NCBI GenBank assembly: GCA_963666515.2
Contig: OY762897.2
Location: 4,256,001-4,320,000, forward strand
Direction: 5' to 3'
DNA from: Candidatus Binatia bacterium
GTDB taxonomy: Bacteria; Desulfobacterota; Binatia; UBA9968; JAJDTQ01
Length of the DNA: 64,000 bases
Shown here: positions 38,585 through 47,640 of the stretch, piece by piece
Position numbering within the stretch: the first letter of the stretch is position 1
Layout: each line of letters opens with the position of its first letter
The notes under the pieces: generated by a model
The model's database searches: none
What the model was told of the DNA's origin: nothing
The model's input: only the letters and a program-made list of their open reading frames with translations
Made by a program: the position numbers and the translations under genes

Positions 38585-38614
38585 TGAAGCATTAACTGTT
38601 GACGAAAACAAGGA

Positions 38615-39844
38615 CTAAAATGGATAGGGCAGGAGGTGGGTTTCGGCGTTCAGGTCGTGGATCGAGCCGCAACCCAGGAGCCGCATGGTGTCCTCGATCT
38701 CCTTCCTGAGGATGGCGAACGCCTTGCGGACACCGGCTTCGCCGCCCGCGCCGAGCCCGTAGACGTAGGCCCGTCCGGCGAGCACGGCGTCGGCTCCGTG
38801 CGCGAGCGCAATCACCAAGTCGGAACCGGACCGCACGCCTCCGTCCAGCAGCACCCTGACGCCGGAGCCCTTGAGCGCGGGCGCGATCTCCTTCAGCATG
38901 TACAGGGTGGGGTAGACGCGGTCCATCTGGCGTCCGCCGTGGTTGGAGACGACGACCGCGTCCGCGCCATGCTCCGCGGCCAGCAAGGCGTCCTCCGCGC
39001 ACTGCACGCCCTTGATGACCACCGGCCTGTCCCCGCCCCAGATTTCCCGCACCCACGGCAGGTGCTCCCAGGTGACCGCGGAAGCTCGTAGCTGCGTGCC
39101 GATGTCGGTGTACGGCATCGGCGTGCCGTCGTTCAGGATGACGTTGCGGAACTGCATCATCCCGCCGTCGGAGCAGTAGCTCTTGAGCCACGAGCGGTAG
39201 CGCACCATCTGCGGCGCGAACCTCAGCTTCTGCATCGGCGTGCCGCCGATGGCCCGGGACGCCCCCATCCACTCGTGGTGCGCGCGGTTGCCGGGGACGG
39301 CCGTGTCGATGGTCAGGACGAGAGCCGAGTAGCCCGCGTTCTTCGCCCGCTCGATGCCGCGGGCCGCAACCTCCGGTCCGCCGACGAGATAGAGCTGGAA
39401 CCAGCACGGCCCCTTCGTGGCGGCCCGGACTTCCTCCAGGTCCGTTCCCGTCAGCGTGGAGAGCGTGCAGATGGTCCCGGCCTCGCCCGCGGCCCTGGCC
39501 GCCACCGCCTCGCCGCGGGGCCAGATCATCCGGGGGCTGCCGATGGGTCCGGCGATCACCGGCAGGTCGATCTCGTGCCCGAGAATCTCGGTGCGCATCT
39601 CCACCGAATCGAGCCGCACCCCGGACCTCGGCTTGAACCGTTCCCGCCGGAACGCCTCGACGTTGTCCCTGAGCGTGATCTCGTTGTCGGCCCCACCGCG
39701 GTAGTACTCCCTGACGATGGGCGGCACGCGCCGCTCCATCACCTGGCGGAGATGATCCACCGTCACGCACCGCTCGACCTCTCTTGCCCAGCGTTTCTCG
39801 GCGCGCGCGTGGGCGCGTCTCAGGTAGGGTCCCAGCAGGAACAT
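38615..39844 (-). CDS. FMN-dependent alpha-hydroxy acid dehydrogenase (LldD/mandelate dehydrogenase family)
   Basis: WFQLY, LTID, VIKG, SNHGGRQ, DGGVRSG, GRA. Confidence 0.92.
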   Translation of the reverse strand: MFLLGPYLRRAHARAEKRWAREVERCVTVDHLRQVMERRVPPIVREYYRGGADNEITLRDNVEAFRRERFKPRSGVRLDSVEMRTEILGHEIDLPVIAGPIGSPRMIWPRGEAVAARAAGEAGTICTLSTLTGTDLEEVRAATKGPCWFQLYLVGGPEVAARGIERAKNAGYSALVLTIDTAVPGNRAHHEWMGASRAIGGTPMQKLRFAPQMVRYRSWLKSYCSDGGMMQFRNVILNDGTPMPYTDIGTQLRASAVTWEHLPWVREIWGGDRPVVIKGVQCAEDALLAAEHGADAVVVSNHGGRQMDRVYPTLYMLKEIAPALKGSGVRVLLDGGVRSGSDLVIALAHGADAVLAGRAYVYGLGAGGEAGVRKAFAILRKEIEDTMRLLGCGSIHDLNAETHLLPYPF

Positions 39845-39868
39845 GTCCGTTCGCCCCTCTTGTCTCCC

Positions 39869-40876
39869 TCAGCCATCCGGAATCCCCGTGCGCGGGCATC
39901 GCGCCGACCGGCCCGGGGCCAGTTCCTCCAGGTCCGGCACCCGCTCGCGGCAGGCGGCTACGACCCTCGGGCATCGGGGACCGAAGGCGCAGCCCGGAGG
40001 CATGTCCAGGAGGTCCGGGGGCGCGCCGGGTATCGGCGCCAGCTTGCCGCGCTCGCTGCCGGCATGGACCGTGGAGTTGAGGAGGCCGATGGTGTAGGGG
40101 TGCCGCGGCGCGTCGATGACCTCGGCCATGGCGCCGGTCTCCACGAAGCGCCCGGCGTACATTACCGCCACCCGGTCGGAGATCTCGCACGCCACCCCCA
40201 GGTCATGGGTGACGAAGATCGTCGCCATGCCCAGCTCGCGCTGCAGCTCCCGCAGCAGCAGCAGGATCTGAATCTGCACGGTGGCGTCCAGCGCGGTGGT
40301 GGGCTCGTCCGCCAGCAGCAGCTTGGGCCGGCAGGACAAGGCCAGGGCGATCATGACCCGTTGCCGCAGCCCGCCCGACAGCTCGTGCGGGTAGGCGTCC
40401 AGCCGCCGGCGCGCCGAAGGCACCTGGACGAGTTCCAGCATCTCCAGCGCCCGCGCCCGCCCGGTCGACCACGAGATGCCCTCGTGCCACACCACCACCT
40501 CCGCGATCTGGTGGCCGACGGTGAACACCGGGTCCAGCGCCGTCATGGGCTCCTGGAAGATCATTGAAACCTGGGTGCCGCGAATGGCCCGCAGCCGGTC
40601 CGCGTCCAGGGCGAGGACGTCGACGCCGTCCAGCAACACCGTTCCCCCGATGCGCGCCGTGGGCGGCAGCAGTTGCACCAGGGCGCGCATGGTCACGGTC
40701 TTACCCGAGCCGGATTCGCCCAGGAAACAGAGGGTCTCGCCCAGGTGCAGGTCGAAATCGACGCCGTTGATGGCGCGCAGCGTCATGCCCTCGCTCAGGA
40801 ACTCCACCGAGAGGTCCCGGACCGACAGGAACGTGCCGGCGCGGCCGTCCGCGGGCGTGAGGCCGTCGGTACTCAC
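39869..40876 (-). CDS. Oligopeptide/dipeptide ABC ATPase (OppD/DppD type)
   Basis: GESGSGKT, IFQEPM, YPHELSGG, ADEPTTALD, C-terminal CAFGPRC. Confidence 0.9.
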   Translation of the reverse strand: MSTDGLTPADGRAGTFLSVRDLSVEFLSEGMTLRAINGVDFDLHLGETLCFLGESGSGKTVTMRALVQLLPPTARIGGTVLLDGVDVLALDADRLRAIRGTQVSMIFQEPMTALDPVFTVGHQIAEVVVWHEGISWSTGRARALEMLELVQVPSARRRLDAYPHELSGGLRQRVMIALALSCRPKLLLADEPTTALDATVQIQILLLLRELQRELGMATIFVTHDLGVACEISDRVAVMYAGRFVETGAMAEVIDAPRHPYTIGLLNSTVHAGSERGKLAPIPGAPPDLLDMPPGCAFGPRCPRVVAACRERVPDLEELAPGRSARCPRTGIPDG

Positions 40877-41979
40877 CGCCGGCTCCCCCCGGTTTCGAGC
40901 GCGGTTCCGGCGCCGCGTTCCGGCGCCTGGCCGTGGCCGCTGCCCGGCACCAGCGCGTGGCACGCGGCCAGGTGGGCCGGTTCCGCGCCGAAGCGGTCCA
41001 GCACCGGGTCGACGGACGCGCACACGGGCTCCGCCAGCGGGCAGCGGGTGCGGAAGCGGCATCCGGAAGGCGGGTTGATGGGACTCGGGAGATCCCCCGC
41101 CACCGGCGGCGCGTCGATGCGCCGGCGCGGGTCCATGCTGAGGCGGGAGGCGATGAGCGCCCGCGTGTACGGGTGACCCGGGTGGCCGTACACCTTGTCC
41201 ACCGGCCCGATCTCCACCACCTTGCCGAGATACATCACCAGCACCCGGTCGCTGATGAAACGCACCACGTTGAGGTCGTGGGAGATGAAGACGTAGGTAA
41301 GGCCCAGACGCTCCTTGATCTCGATGAGGAGGTTCAGCACCTGCGCCTCCACCGACTTGTCCAGCGACGACACGGCCTCGTCGAGAAGCAGGAGGCGGGG
41401 ATTCAGGGCCAGCGCCCGCGCCACGTTCACGCGCTGCCGCTGGCCGCCCGAAAGCTCATGGGGATAGCGGTCGGCGAAGATGGCGGGTTCGAGGCCCACG
41501 AACTCCAGGACCTCGGCGGCGCGCCGGCGCGCCTCCGCCCGCCTGACGCCCCGGGCGGCCAGACCGAAGCTGACCTCCTCGGCCATGGTGTGGCGCGGGT
41601 TGAGCGAGGAGTAGCTGTCCTGGAACACCATCTGCACGTTGCGCCGGAGCGTGCGCAGGGACATGCCGTCGCGTCCGCCGACGTCGCGCCCGTCCAGCAG
41701 CATCTCCCCGTCATCCGGCTCGATCAGGCGCATGAGCAGCCGCGCGGTGGTGGACTTGCCGCAGCCGGACTCTCCCACCACGCCCAGGGTCTCCCCCGTG
41801 GCGACGGTGAAGCTGATGCCGTCCACGGCCTGCACGTACGCCGGCCCGACGCCCCCCGAGCCGCCCCTCAACCGGAAGTACTTCCGCAGCCCGCTGACGC
41901 TGAGGATCGGGCGGCCGTCGCCGTGCGGGTCCGTTGCCGCGCGCGCGGGCGGGTCCGCGGTTGCCGGGGTCGCGTTCAC
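40873..41979 (-). CDS. Oligopeptide/dipeptide ABC ATPase (OppF/DppF type)
   Basis: AVDGISF, GESGCGKST, ELSGGQRQR, PSGCRFRTRC. Confidence 0.9.
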   Translation of the reverse strand: MNATPATADPPARAATDPHGDGRPILSVSGLRKYFRLRGGSGGVGPAYVQAVDGISFTVATGETLGVVGESGCGKSTTARLLMRLIEPDDGEMLLDGRDVGGRDGMSLRTLRRNVQMVFQDSYSSLNPRHTMAEEVSFGLAARGVRRAEARRRAAEVLEFVGLEPAIFADRYPHELSGGQRQRVNVARALALNPRLLLLDEAVSSLDKSVEAQVLNLLIEIKERLGLTYVFISHDLNVVRFISDRVLVMYLGKVVEIGPVDKVYGHPGHPYTRALIASRLSMDPRRRIDAPPVAGDLPSPINPPSGCRFRTRCPLAEPVCASVDPVLDRFGAEPAHLAACHALVPGSGHGQAPERGAGTALETGGSRR

Positions 41980-42881
41980 GGCTTGACGTCCATGGCCGTG
42001 CGGAGGCCGTCGCTCAGGAGGTTGAAGCACACCGAGGCGACGAGGATCATCACGCCCGGCAGCACCGCGTTCACCGGCGCCAGGAAGATGGACTGGCGCA
42101 GCGTGTTCAGCATCAGCCCCCAGTCCGCCAGAGGCGGCGATATGCCGAGCCCCAGGAACGAAAGACCCGAGGCCAGCACGATGGAGAGCCCGATGAGGCT
42201 CGACGCGTAGGTGAGGATGGGGCTGGCGACGTTGGTCAGCACGTGCCCCACGATGATCCGGGGCGCGGACGCGCCGGTGGCGCGGGCGGCCTCGACGAAG
42301 TCCTGAGCGCGTATCTGCGTGGTGGCCGCCTCCGCCACCCGTGTGATGGGCGGGATGAAGACAAGCGAGAGCGATATCAGCACGTTGAACACCCCCGCGC
42401 CCAGGGCGCCGGCGAGGCCCACCGCCAGCAGCACCGACGGAAACGCGAAGAAGACGTCGGCCACGCGCATGATCACCATGTTGGTCTTGCCGCCGAAGTA
42501 GCCGGCGACGATGCCGAGGATGCTGCCCGCGAGGGTTGCGACGAGGATGGGCAGCAGGCCCATGAGGAGCGAGATGCGCCCGCCGTAGACCAGCCGGGTG
42601 AACATGTCGCGTCCGAGCTCGTCGGTGCCGAGGACGAACCCCGGTGTCAGGACCGGTTTCAGCCGGTTGACGATGCTGGAGGTATAGGGCTCATGGGGCG
42701 TGATCCAGGGCGCGAGGATCGCTGCGGCGATGATCACGGACAGGATGCCCAGGCAGCCCATGGACACCGGATCGTGCAGCAGCCGCCGGCGCGCCGCCTG
42801 CCAGTAGGTGCGCTGGATGCGCTTGTGCGGCTCGACGGTCCGGGCCGGCGCCTCGCCGGCATAGGTTGCTGGGGTGCTCAT
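41976..42881 (-). CDS. ABC permease (OppC/DppC type)
   Basis: LGTDELGRD, GGRISL, FVEAARATGA EAA loop, LSFLGLG. Confidence 0.9.
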   Translation of the reverse strand: MSTPATYAGEAPARTVEPHKRIQRTYWQAARRRLLHDPVSMGCLGILSVIIAAAILAPWITPHEPYTSSIVNRLKPVLTPGFVLGTDELGRDMFTRLVYGGRISLLMGLLPILVATLAGSILGIVAGYFGGKTNMVIMRVADVFFAFPSVLLAVGLAGALGAGVFNVLISLSLVFIPPITRVAEAATTQIRAQDFVEAARATGASAPRIIVGHVLTNVASPILTYASSLIGLSIVLASGLSFLGLGISPPLADWGLMLNTLRQSIFLAPVNAVLPGVMILVASVCFNLLSDGLRTAMDVKP

Positions 42882-42898
42882 GTCTCTTGCTGCGCCCT

Positions 42899-43843
42899 TC
42901 ACTGCCGCGTCATGCGCGGGTCGAGAAACGGCTGCGCCAGGTCCACCAGGAAGTTCAACATCACGAAGAACGTGGCCAGCACCAGGATGGTGCCCTGAAG
43001 CACGGGGATGTCGCGGTAGGCGATGGCGTTGTTCAGGAGATAGCCGGTGCCGGGCCAGGCAAAGACCGTCTCCACCAGGATCGAGCCCCCCACCAGGTGA
43101 CCCAACTGGATGCCGATGATGGCCAGCACCGTCGGGGAGGCGTTCTTGATGACGTGGAGGAACGTCCGCCGGGGCGGCAGGCCGTTGGCCTGCAGCGTCT
43201 GGACGAATTCCTGCTTGCGCACGTCGATGACCGTCGCGCGCACGCTGCGGGCGATGATGCCCGTGGGGATGAGCGCCAGGGTGACCCCCGGCAGGATCAT
43301 GTGGCGGATGTCGTTCAGGCCGAAGCCGCCGCTGGGCGGCGCCTTGCCCATGGCCGGCAGAAGGCCTAAGGTCACCGCGAGGATGGCGATCAGCACCAGC
43401 CCGACCCAGTAGTGCGGCACCGACACGCCGATGATGGCCGTGGTGGTGATGGCCCGGTCGGTCACCAGCCGGCGCGTGTAGCCCGCCAGAAGGCCCAGGC
43501 CGATGCCGCCCAGGAGGCTCAGGCCGATGCCGAAGGCGGCGAGCTGGAACGTGTTGACCATGGCCGGGACGATCTCGTCCAGCACCGGCCGGTTGGCCAC
43601 CTGCGACAGCCCCAGATCGCCGCTCAGCACGTTGAAGAGCCACAGCAGGTACTGCACCGGCACCGGCTTGTCGAAGCCGTAGGAGCGCTTGATCTGCTCG
43701 ATGACCTGGTCGGAAGCGAACTCCGGCATGACGGCCGTCAGCGGGTCGCCGGGCGCCAGATGGAGCAATGAAAAGCAGACGATGGATACGCCGAGCAGAA
43801 TCGGCAGGACGTACGCCAACCGCCGCAGGACATACCAGAGCAT
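42899..43843 (-). CDS. ABC permease (OppB/DppB type)
   Basis: MLWYVLRRL, APGDP, VETVFAWPG, DPR C-terminus. Confidence 0.9.
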   Translation of the reverse strand: MLWYVLRRLAYVLPILLGVSIVCFSLLHLAPGDPLTAVMPEFASDQVIEQIKRSYGFDKPVPVQYLLWLFNVLSGDLGLSQVANRPVLDEIVPAMVNTFQLAAFGIGLSLLGGIGLGLLAGYTRRLVTDRAITTTAIIGVSVPHYWVGLVLIAILAVTLGLLPAMGKAPPSGGFGLNDIRHMILPGVTLALIPTGIIARSVRATVIDVRKQEFVQTLQANGLPPRRTFLHVIKNASPTVLAIIGIQLGHLVGGSILVETVFAWPGTGYLLNNAIAYRDIPVLQGTILVLATFFVMLNFLVDLAQPFLDPRMTRQ

Positions 43844-43883
43844 TGGCTACGCGTCCAAGGTCCGTGTCGTGTCCCGTGCCGGA

Positions 43884-43909
43884 AATCCGCGCATTTCGAT
43901 GCGCGGATT
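43884..43909 (-). other. Intergenic stem-loop after the SBP gene (probable mRNA-stabilising hairpin)
   Basis: AATCCGCGCAT-TTCG-ATGCGCGGATT, 11-bp perfect stem between the SBP and permease genes. Confidence 0.6.
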
Positions 43910-43926
43910 CCGGGACGGAACACTCA

Positions 43927-45630
43927 CTACCTCTCGATACGGATCCGCGTGAAGTCCTGGAACCAGCTCTGCGCCTGGATGAACCCCTTGACGTGGGCGG
44001 CCAGTCCGCGGGGATTCATGTCGTGCACCACCCACACCCACACCGCGTTGTCCACCAGGTAGGAGTGCAGCTCGCCGAGACGCTTGTTCTGTTCCTTGGT
44101 CTCGAAGGCGTCCAGCGCGTTCCGCGCGAGCTGGTCCGCCTTGGCGTCGGCGAAGTGGCCCCAGTTGTAGCCCTTGACGCGGTTCTCGCTGTGATAGGTC
44201 TGGCCGATGAGGCCGAATACCGGGTACTGGATCGACCAACTGTAGTTGATGGCGTCCACGCCCTTGTTGAGGTCTCCTTCGGCGCCCGCGAACCGCCTTG
44301 AGCGCAGGGCTTCCCAGTCCACGGTCGAGAGGGACATGTTGATGCCCACCTCGCGGAAGTTCTCCTGGATGAACTCGTTCATGGGCAGCGGCTGCATCTG
44401 GCCGGAACCCGCCGCGGACATCGTGACGTTGACCTTGACCGGGTTGCTCTTGCTGTAGCCCGCCTCCGCCATGAGCTTCCGCGCGCCGTCCGGGTCGTAC
44501 TTGACCTTGAAGGTGGGGTTGCCGAACCAGGGATGGTCCGGGGTCACCATGCCCTGCGCCGGCACGGCCAGGCCGCCCAGGAACTTCGTCAGGGTTTCCC
44601 GGTCGATGGCCAGGTTGGCGGCCTTGCGGATGCGGATGTCGCTGAAGGGCGAGCTCTTCAGGTGGCTCACCATGTACGGCCAGATGTGCGGGTAGACGTT
44701 GGTGGTCACCTGCATGCCGGCCCCCTTCACCGTGGGAACGGCGTCCGGCGGCAGCGCCTCCACCAGGTCCACCTGGCCGGACAGCAGCGCCGACACCCGC
44801 GTGTTGGCGTCGGGCATGGGGCGCAGCACCATGCGGTCGTGCTGCGGCACCATGGACTTGTTCCAGTAGTCGGCGTTCCGCACCAGCTCGGCGCGGTTGC
44901 GCGGCACCAGCAGCACCAGCTTGTAGGGTCCCGTGCCGGACGGCGCGAAGGCGACCTTGGTCCAGTCGCGCCCGAGCTTCTCCCACTGCCGCGGGCTGGA
45001 GTAGAAGATGTTCACCAGCTCGTAGAGCAGGGTGCCGTTGGGCCTCTTCGTGGTGACTTCCAGGGTGAAGTCGTCGATGGCCTTGGCGCTCTTTACGCTG
45101 ACCAGCCAGTTGGCGGCGTTCCGCGCCTGAAGCCGGTCGTAGTGCGCCGCGTTCGGGTTCATGGACTTCTCGAAGTTCCACAGGACGTCGTGCGCCGTGA
45201 ACTGGCTGCCGTCGTGGAACTTGACGTCGTTGCGCAGTTTGAAGGTCCAGCGGTTGCGGTTCTTGGGGTCCACCGACCAGCTCGTGGCGAGGTTGGGGAG
45301 CAGCCCCGAAGGCTTGTCCGCCTGGGAGAGATCCCACGTCAACAGCGCGTCGTAGATGGACCGGTTGATGAACCGGCCGCCCTCGGCGCCGCCGCTTGCC
45401 TGCCCGGTGGTGACCGGGATGTCGGACAAGGTCATGGCGATGCGGAGCACCTTCTCGCCGCTCTGGCCATAGGCCATGCCCCCAGGCCAGGCGAGCGCTC
45501 CCGCGCCCACCGCCATCATCTTGAGCAGCGTCCGCCGCTGCAGGGTCCCGTCGATCACGCCGGTGAAGTCCGATGATGCAGGTTCCGGTGAGACGACGGC
45601 CATCGACTCTCTGTCACGCAGTGAAGCCAT
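43927..45630 (-). CDS. Family 5 ABC substrate-binding protein with Tat signal
   Basis: LQRRTLLK twin-arginine motif; PNLATSW, VKFHDG, GTGPY; AGGAGG RBS. Confidence 0.9.
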   Translation of the reverse strand: MASLRDRESMAVVSPEPASSDFTGVIDGTLQRRTLLKMMAVGAGALAWPGGMAYGQSGEKVLRIAMTLSDIPVTTGQASGGAEGGRFINRSIYDALLTWDLSQADKPSGLLPNLATSWSVDPKNRNRWTFKLRNDVKFHDGSQFTAHDVLWNFEKSMNPNAAHYDRLQARNAANWLVSVKSAKAIDDFTLEVTTKRPNGTLLYELVNIFYSSPRQWEKLGRDWTKVAFAPSGTGPYKLVLLVPRNRAELVRNADYWNKSMVPQHDRMVLRPMPDANTRVSALLSGQVDLVEALPPDAVPTVKGAGMQVTTNVYPHIWPYMVSHLKSSPFSDIRIRKAANLAIDRETLTKFLGGLAVPAQGMVTPDHPWFGNPTFKVKYDPDGARKLMAEAGYSKSNPVKVNVTMSAAGSGQMQPLPMNEFIQENFREVGINMSLSTVDWEALRSRRFAGAEGDLNKGVDAINYSWSIQYPVFGLIGQTYHSENRVKGYNWGHFADAKADQLARNALDAFETKEQNKRLGELHSYLVDNAVWVWVVHDMNPRGLAAHVKGFIQAQSWFQDFTRIRIER

Positions 45631-45740
45631 GGTCGATCCTCCTTTATGGCCTGACACGATATGAACACCCTGTGATATCGACTGCGGCCATCATACTCCG
45701 ATGGGGAGGGCGGTCAAGGGAGTTTTGAGGGGGCTCGCGG

Positions 45741-46631
45741 CTATCTTTGCTTCGGATCCAGCGCGTCGCGCAGGCCGTCGCCGAGGAAGTTGAGGCTGAA
45801 GAGGGTGGCGGCGAGGAAGGTGGCGGGGAAGACGAGGGTCCAGGGCTGGGTTTCCATTTGGGTGGCGCCTTCGCTGATGAGGACGCCCCAGCTCGTCATG
45901 GGCTCCTGGATGCCCAGGCCGAGGAAGCTCAGGAAGCTCTCGAAGAGGATGGCGCGGGGGACGGTGAGGGTGGCGAAGACCGCCACGGGGCCGACGACGT
46001 TGGGGATCACGTGGCGCAGGACGATCCACGCCGGCGCGGCGCCCATGGCCCGGGCGGCCTCGACGAACTCCCGGCGTTTGATGGAGAGGGTCTCGCCGCG
46101 CACGATGCGCGCCATGTCGAGCCATTCCACCATGCCGATGGCGACGAAGATCAGCACCACGTGGCGGCCGAAGTAGACCATCAGCAGGATCACGAAGAAC
46201 ATGAAGGGCAGGGCGTAGAGGATGTCCACGAACCGCATCATCAGCGAGTCGGTGACCCCGCCGAAGTAGCCGGAGACCGTGCCCCAGGCGACGCCCACGA
46301 GGACGCTCACCACCGACGCCGCGAGCCCTACCGACAGCGAGATGCGTCCGGCGTAGAGCGTGCGCAGGAACAGGTCCCGGCCGTTGGCGTCGGTGCCGAA
46401 CGGGTGTCCCCCGGCCAGGGTGGGGCCGGTGCCGATGGCGTCCCAGAAGATATCGTCGATGGCGTAGGGCGAGAGCATCGGGACGGCCACCGAGAGGACG
46501 GCGAGGACGCCGAGCGTGGCAAGGCCCGCCATGGCGGCGCGGTGCCGCCCGATCTGGGCCGCGGCGTCGCGCCAGGGGCTGCGGCCGCCGTCGGCCCGAC
46601 GGCTCCGGGTTCCCGTTCCCGGCTCGATCAT
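45741..46631 (-). CDS. oppC: Oligopeptide ABC permease OppC
   Basis: HPFGTDANGRDL, RIVRGETLSIKRREFVEAA, ESFLSFLGLG, DGLRDALDPK. Confidence 0.88.
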   Translation of the reverse strand: MIEPGTGTRSRRADGGRSPWRDAAAQIGRHRAAMAGLATLGVLAVLSVAVPMLSPYAIDDIFWDAIGTGPTLAGGHPFGTDANGRDLFLRTLYAGRISLSVGLAASVVSVLVGVAWGTVSGYFGGVTDSLMMRFVDILYALPFMFFVILLMVYFGRHVVLIFVAIGMVEWLDMARIVRGETLSIKRREFVEAARAMGAAPAWIVLRHVIPNVVGPVAVFATLTVPRAILFESFLSFLGLGIQEPMTSWGVLISEGATQMETQPWTLVFPATFLAATLFSLNFLGDGLRDALDPKQR

Positions 46632-46658
46632 GCCGCACCCCACGGCAGGTTCATATCG

Positions 46659-47585
46659 CTATCCATGAGACCGCACCCGCGGGTCCAGGACGCCGTAGAG
46701 CAGATCCACTACCAGGTTGAGCGCGATGATGAGGGCGCCGTAGGTGACCACGACGCCCATGACCAGGGTGTAGTCGCGGTTGAGGGCGCCCTGGACGAAG
46801 TAGCGGCCGAGGCCGGGGATGCCGAAGATCTGCTCGATCACCACCGAGCCGGTGACGATGGCCGCGGTGGCCGGTCCGAGGTAGGAGACCACCGGCGTCA
46901 GCGCGTTCTTGAGGGCGTGGCGGAAGACGACGCGCCGTTCCGTGAGCCCCTTGGCGCGGCCGGTGCGGATGAAGTCGGCGTTCAGCACCTCGATCATGCT
47001 GCCGCGTGACAGCCGCGCGATGTAGGCCACCTGGGGCAGCGCCAGGGAAATCACCGGCAGCAGCAGGTGGCGGATGCCGCCGTCGCCCAGGCCGCCCACG
47101 GGCAGGAGGTTCAGGTACACGCCGATGACCAGCGACAGCAGCGGCGCCACCACGAAGTTGGGGACCGCGATGCCGGTCATGGCCACCCCCATGACCAGGT
47201 GGTCCGCCAGCGAGTTGCGCCGCTGCGCGGCCCAGGCGCCGAGGCCGACCCCGAAAAGCACCGCCGCGGCCATGGCCAGCACGCCGATCTTGAGCGACAC
47301 CGGGAACCCGGCGGCGATCAGCTCGGTGACGGTGAAGTCGCGGTACTTGAAGGACGGGCCGAAGTCACCCCGGGCAAGGCCCTTGAGGTAGCGGACGAAC
47401 TGTTGCGGCAGGGGCTCGTCGAGGTGGTAGACGCGGTTCAGGTTGGCCGAGATCTCGGGCGGGACCACCCGCTCCCGGTCGAAGGGTCCGCCCGGCGCCA
47501 GCCGGATCATGAAGAACGCGATGGCGATGATGATGAACAGCGTCGGCACCGCCGACGCCAGCCGCCGTATCACATAGGTCCACAA
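46659..47585 (-). CDS. oppB: Oligopeptide ABC permease OppB
   Basis: APGGPF, GDFGPSFKY, RGSMIEVL, GALNRDY, LDPR. Confidence 0.9.
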   Translation of the reverse strand: MWTYVIRRLASAVPTLFIIIAIAFFMIRLAPGGPFDRERVVPPEISANLNRVYHLDEPLPQQFVRYLKGLARGDFGPSFKYRDFTVTELIAAGFPVSLKIGVLAMAAAVLFGVGLGAWAAQRRNSLADHLVMGVAMTGIAVPNFVVAPLLSLVIGVYLNLLPVGGLGDGGIRHLLLPVISLALPQVAYIARLSRGSMIEVLNADFIRTGRAKGLTERRVVFRHALKNALTPVVSYLGPATAAIVTGSVVIEQIFGIPGLGRYFVQGALNRDYTLVMGVVVTYGALIIALNLVVDLLYGVLDPRVRSHG

Positions 47586-47640
47586 GGGAGGTCCACGAGG
47601 TCTGGCGGGCCGCGCGCGGGGGAACCCGGGGTCCCGCCGG

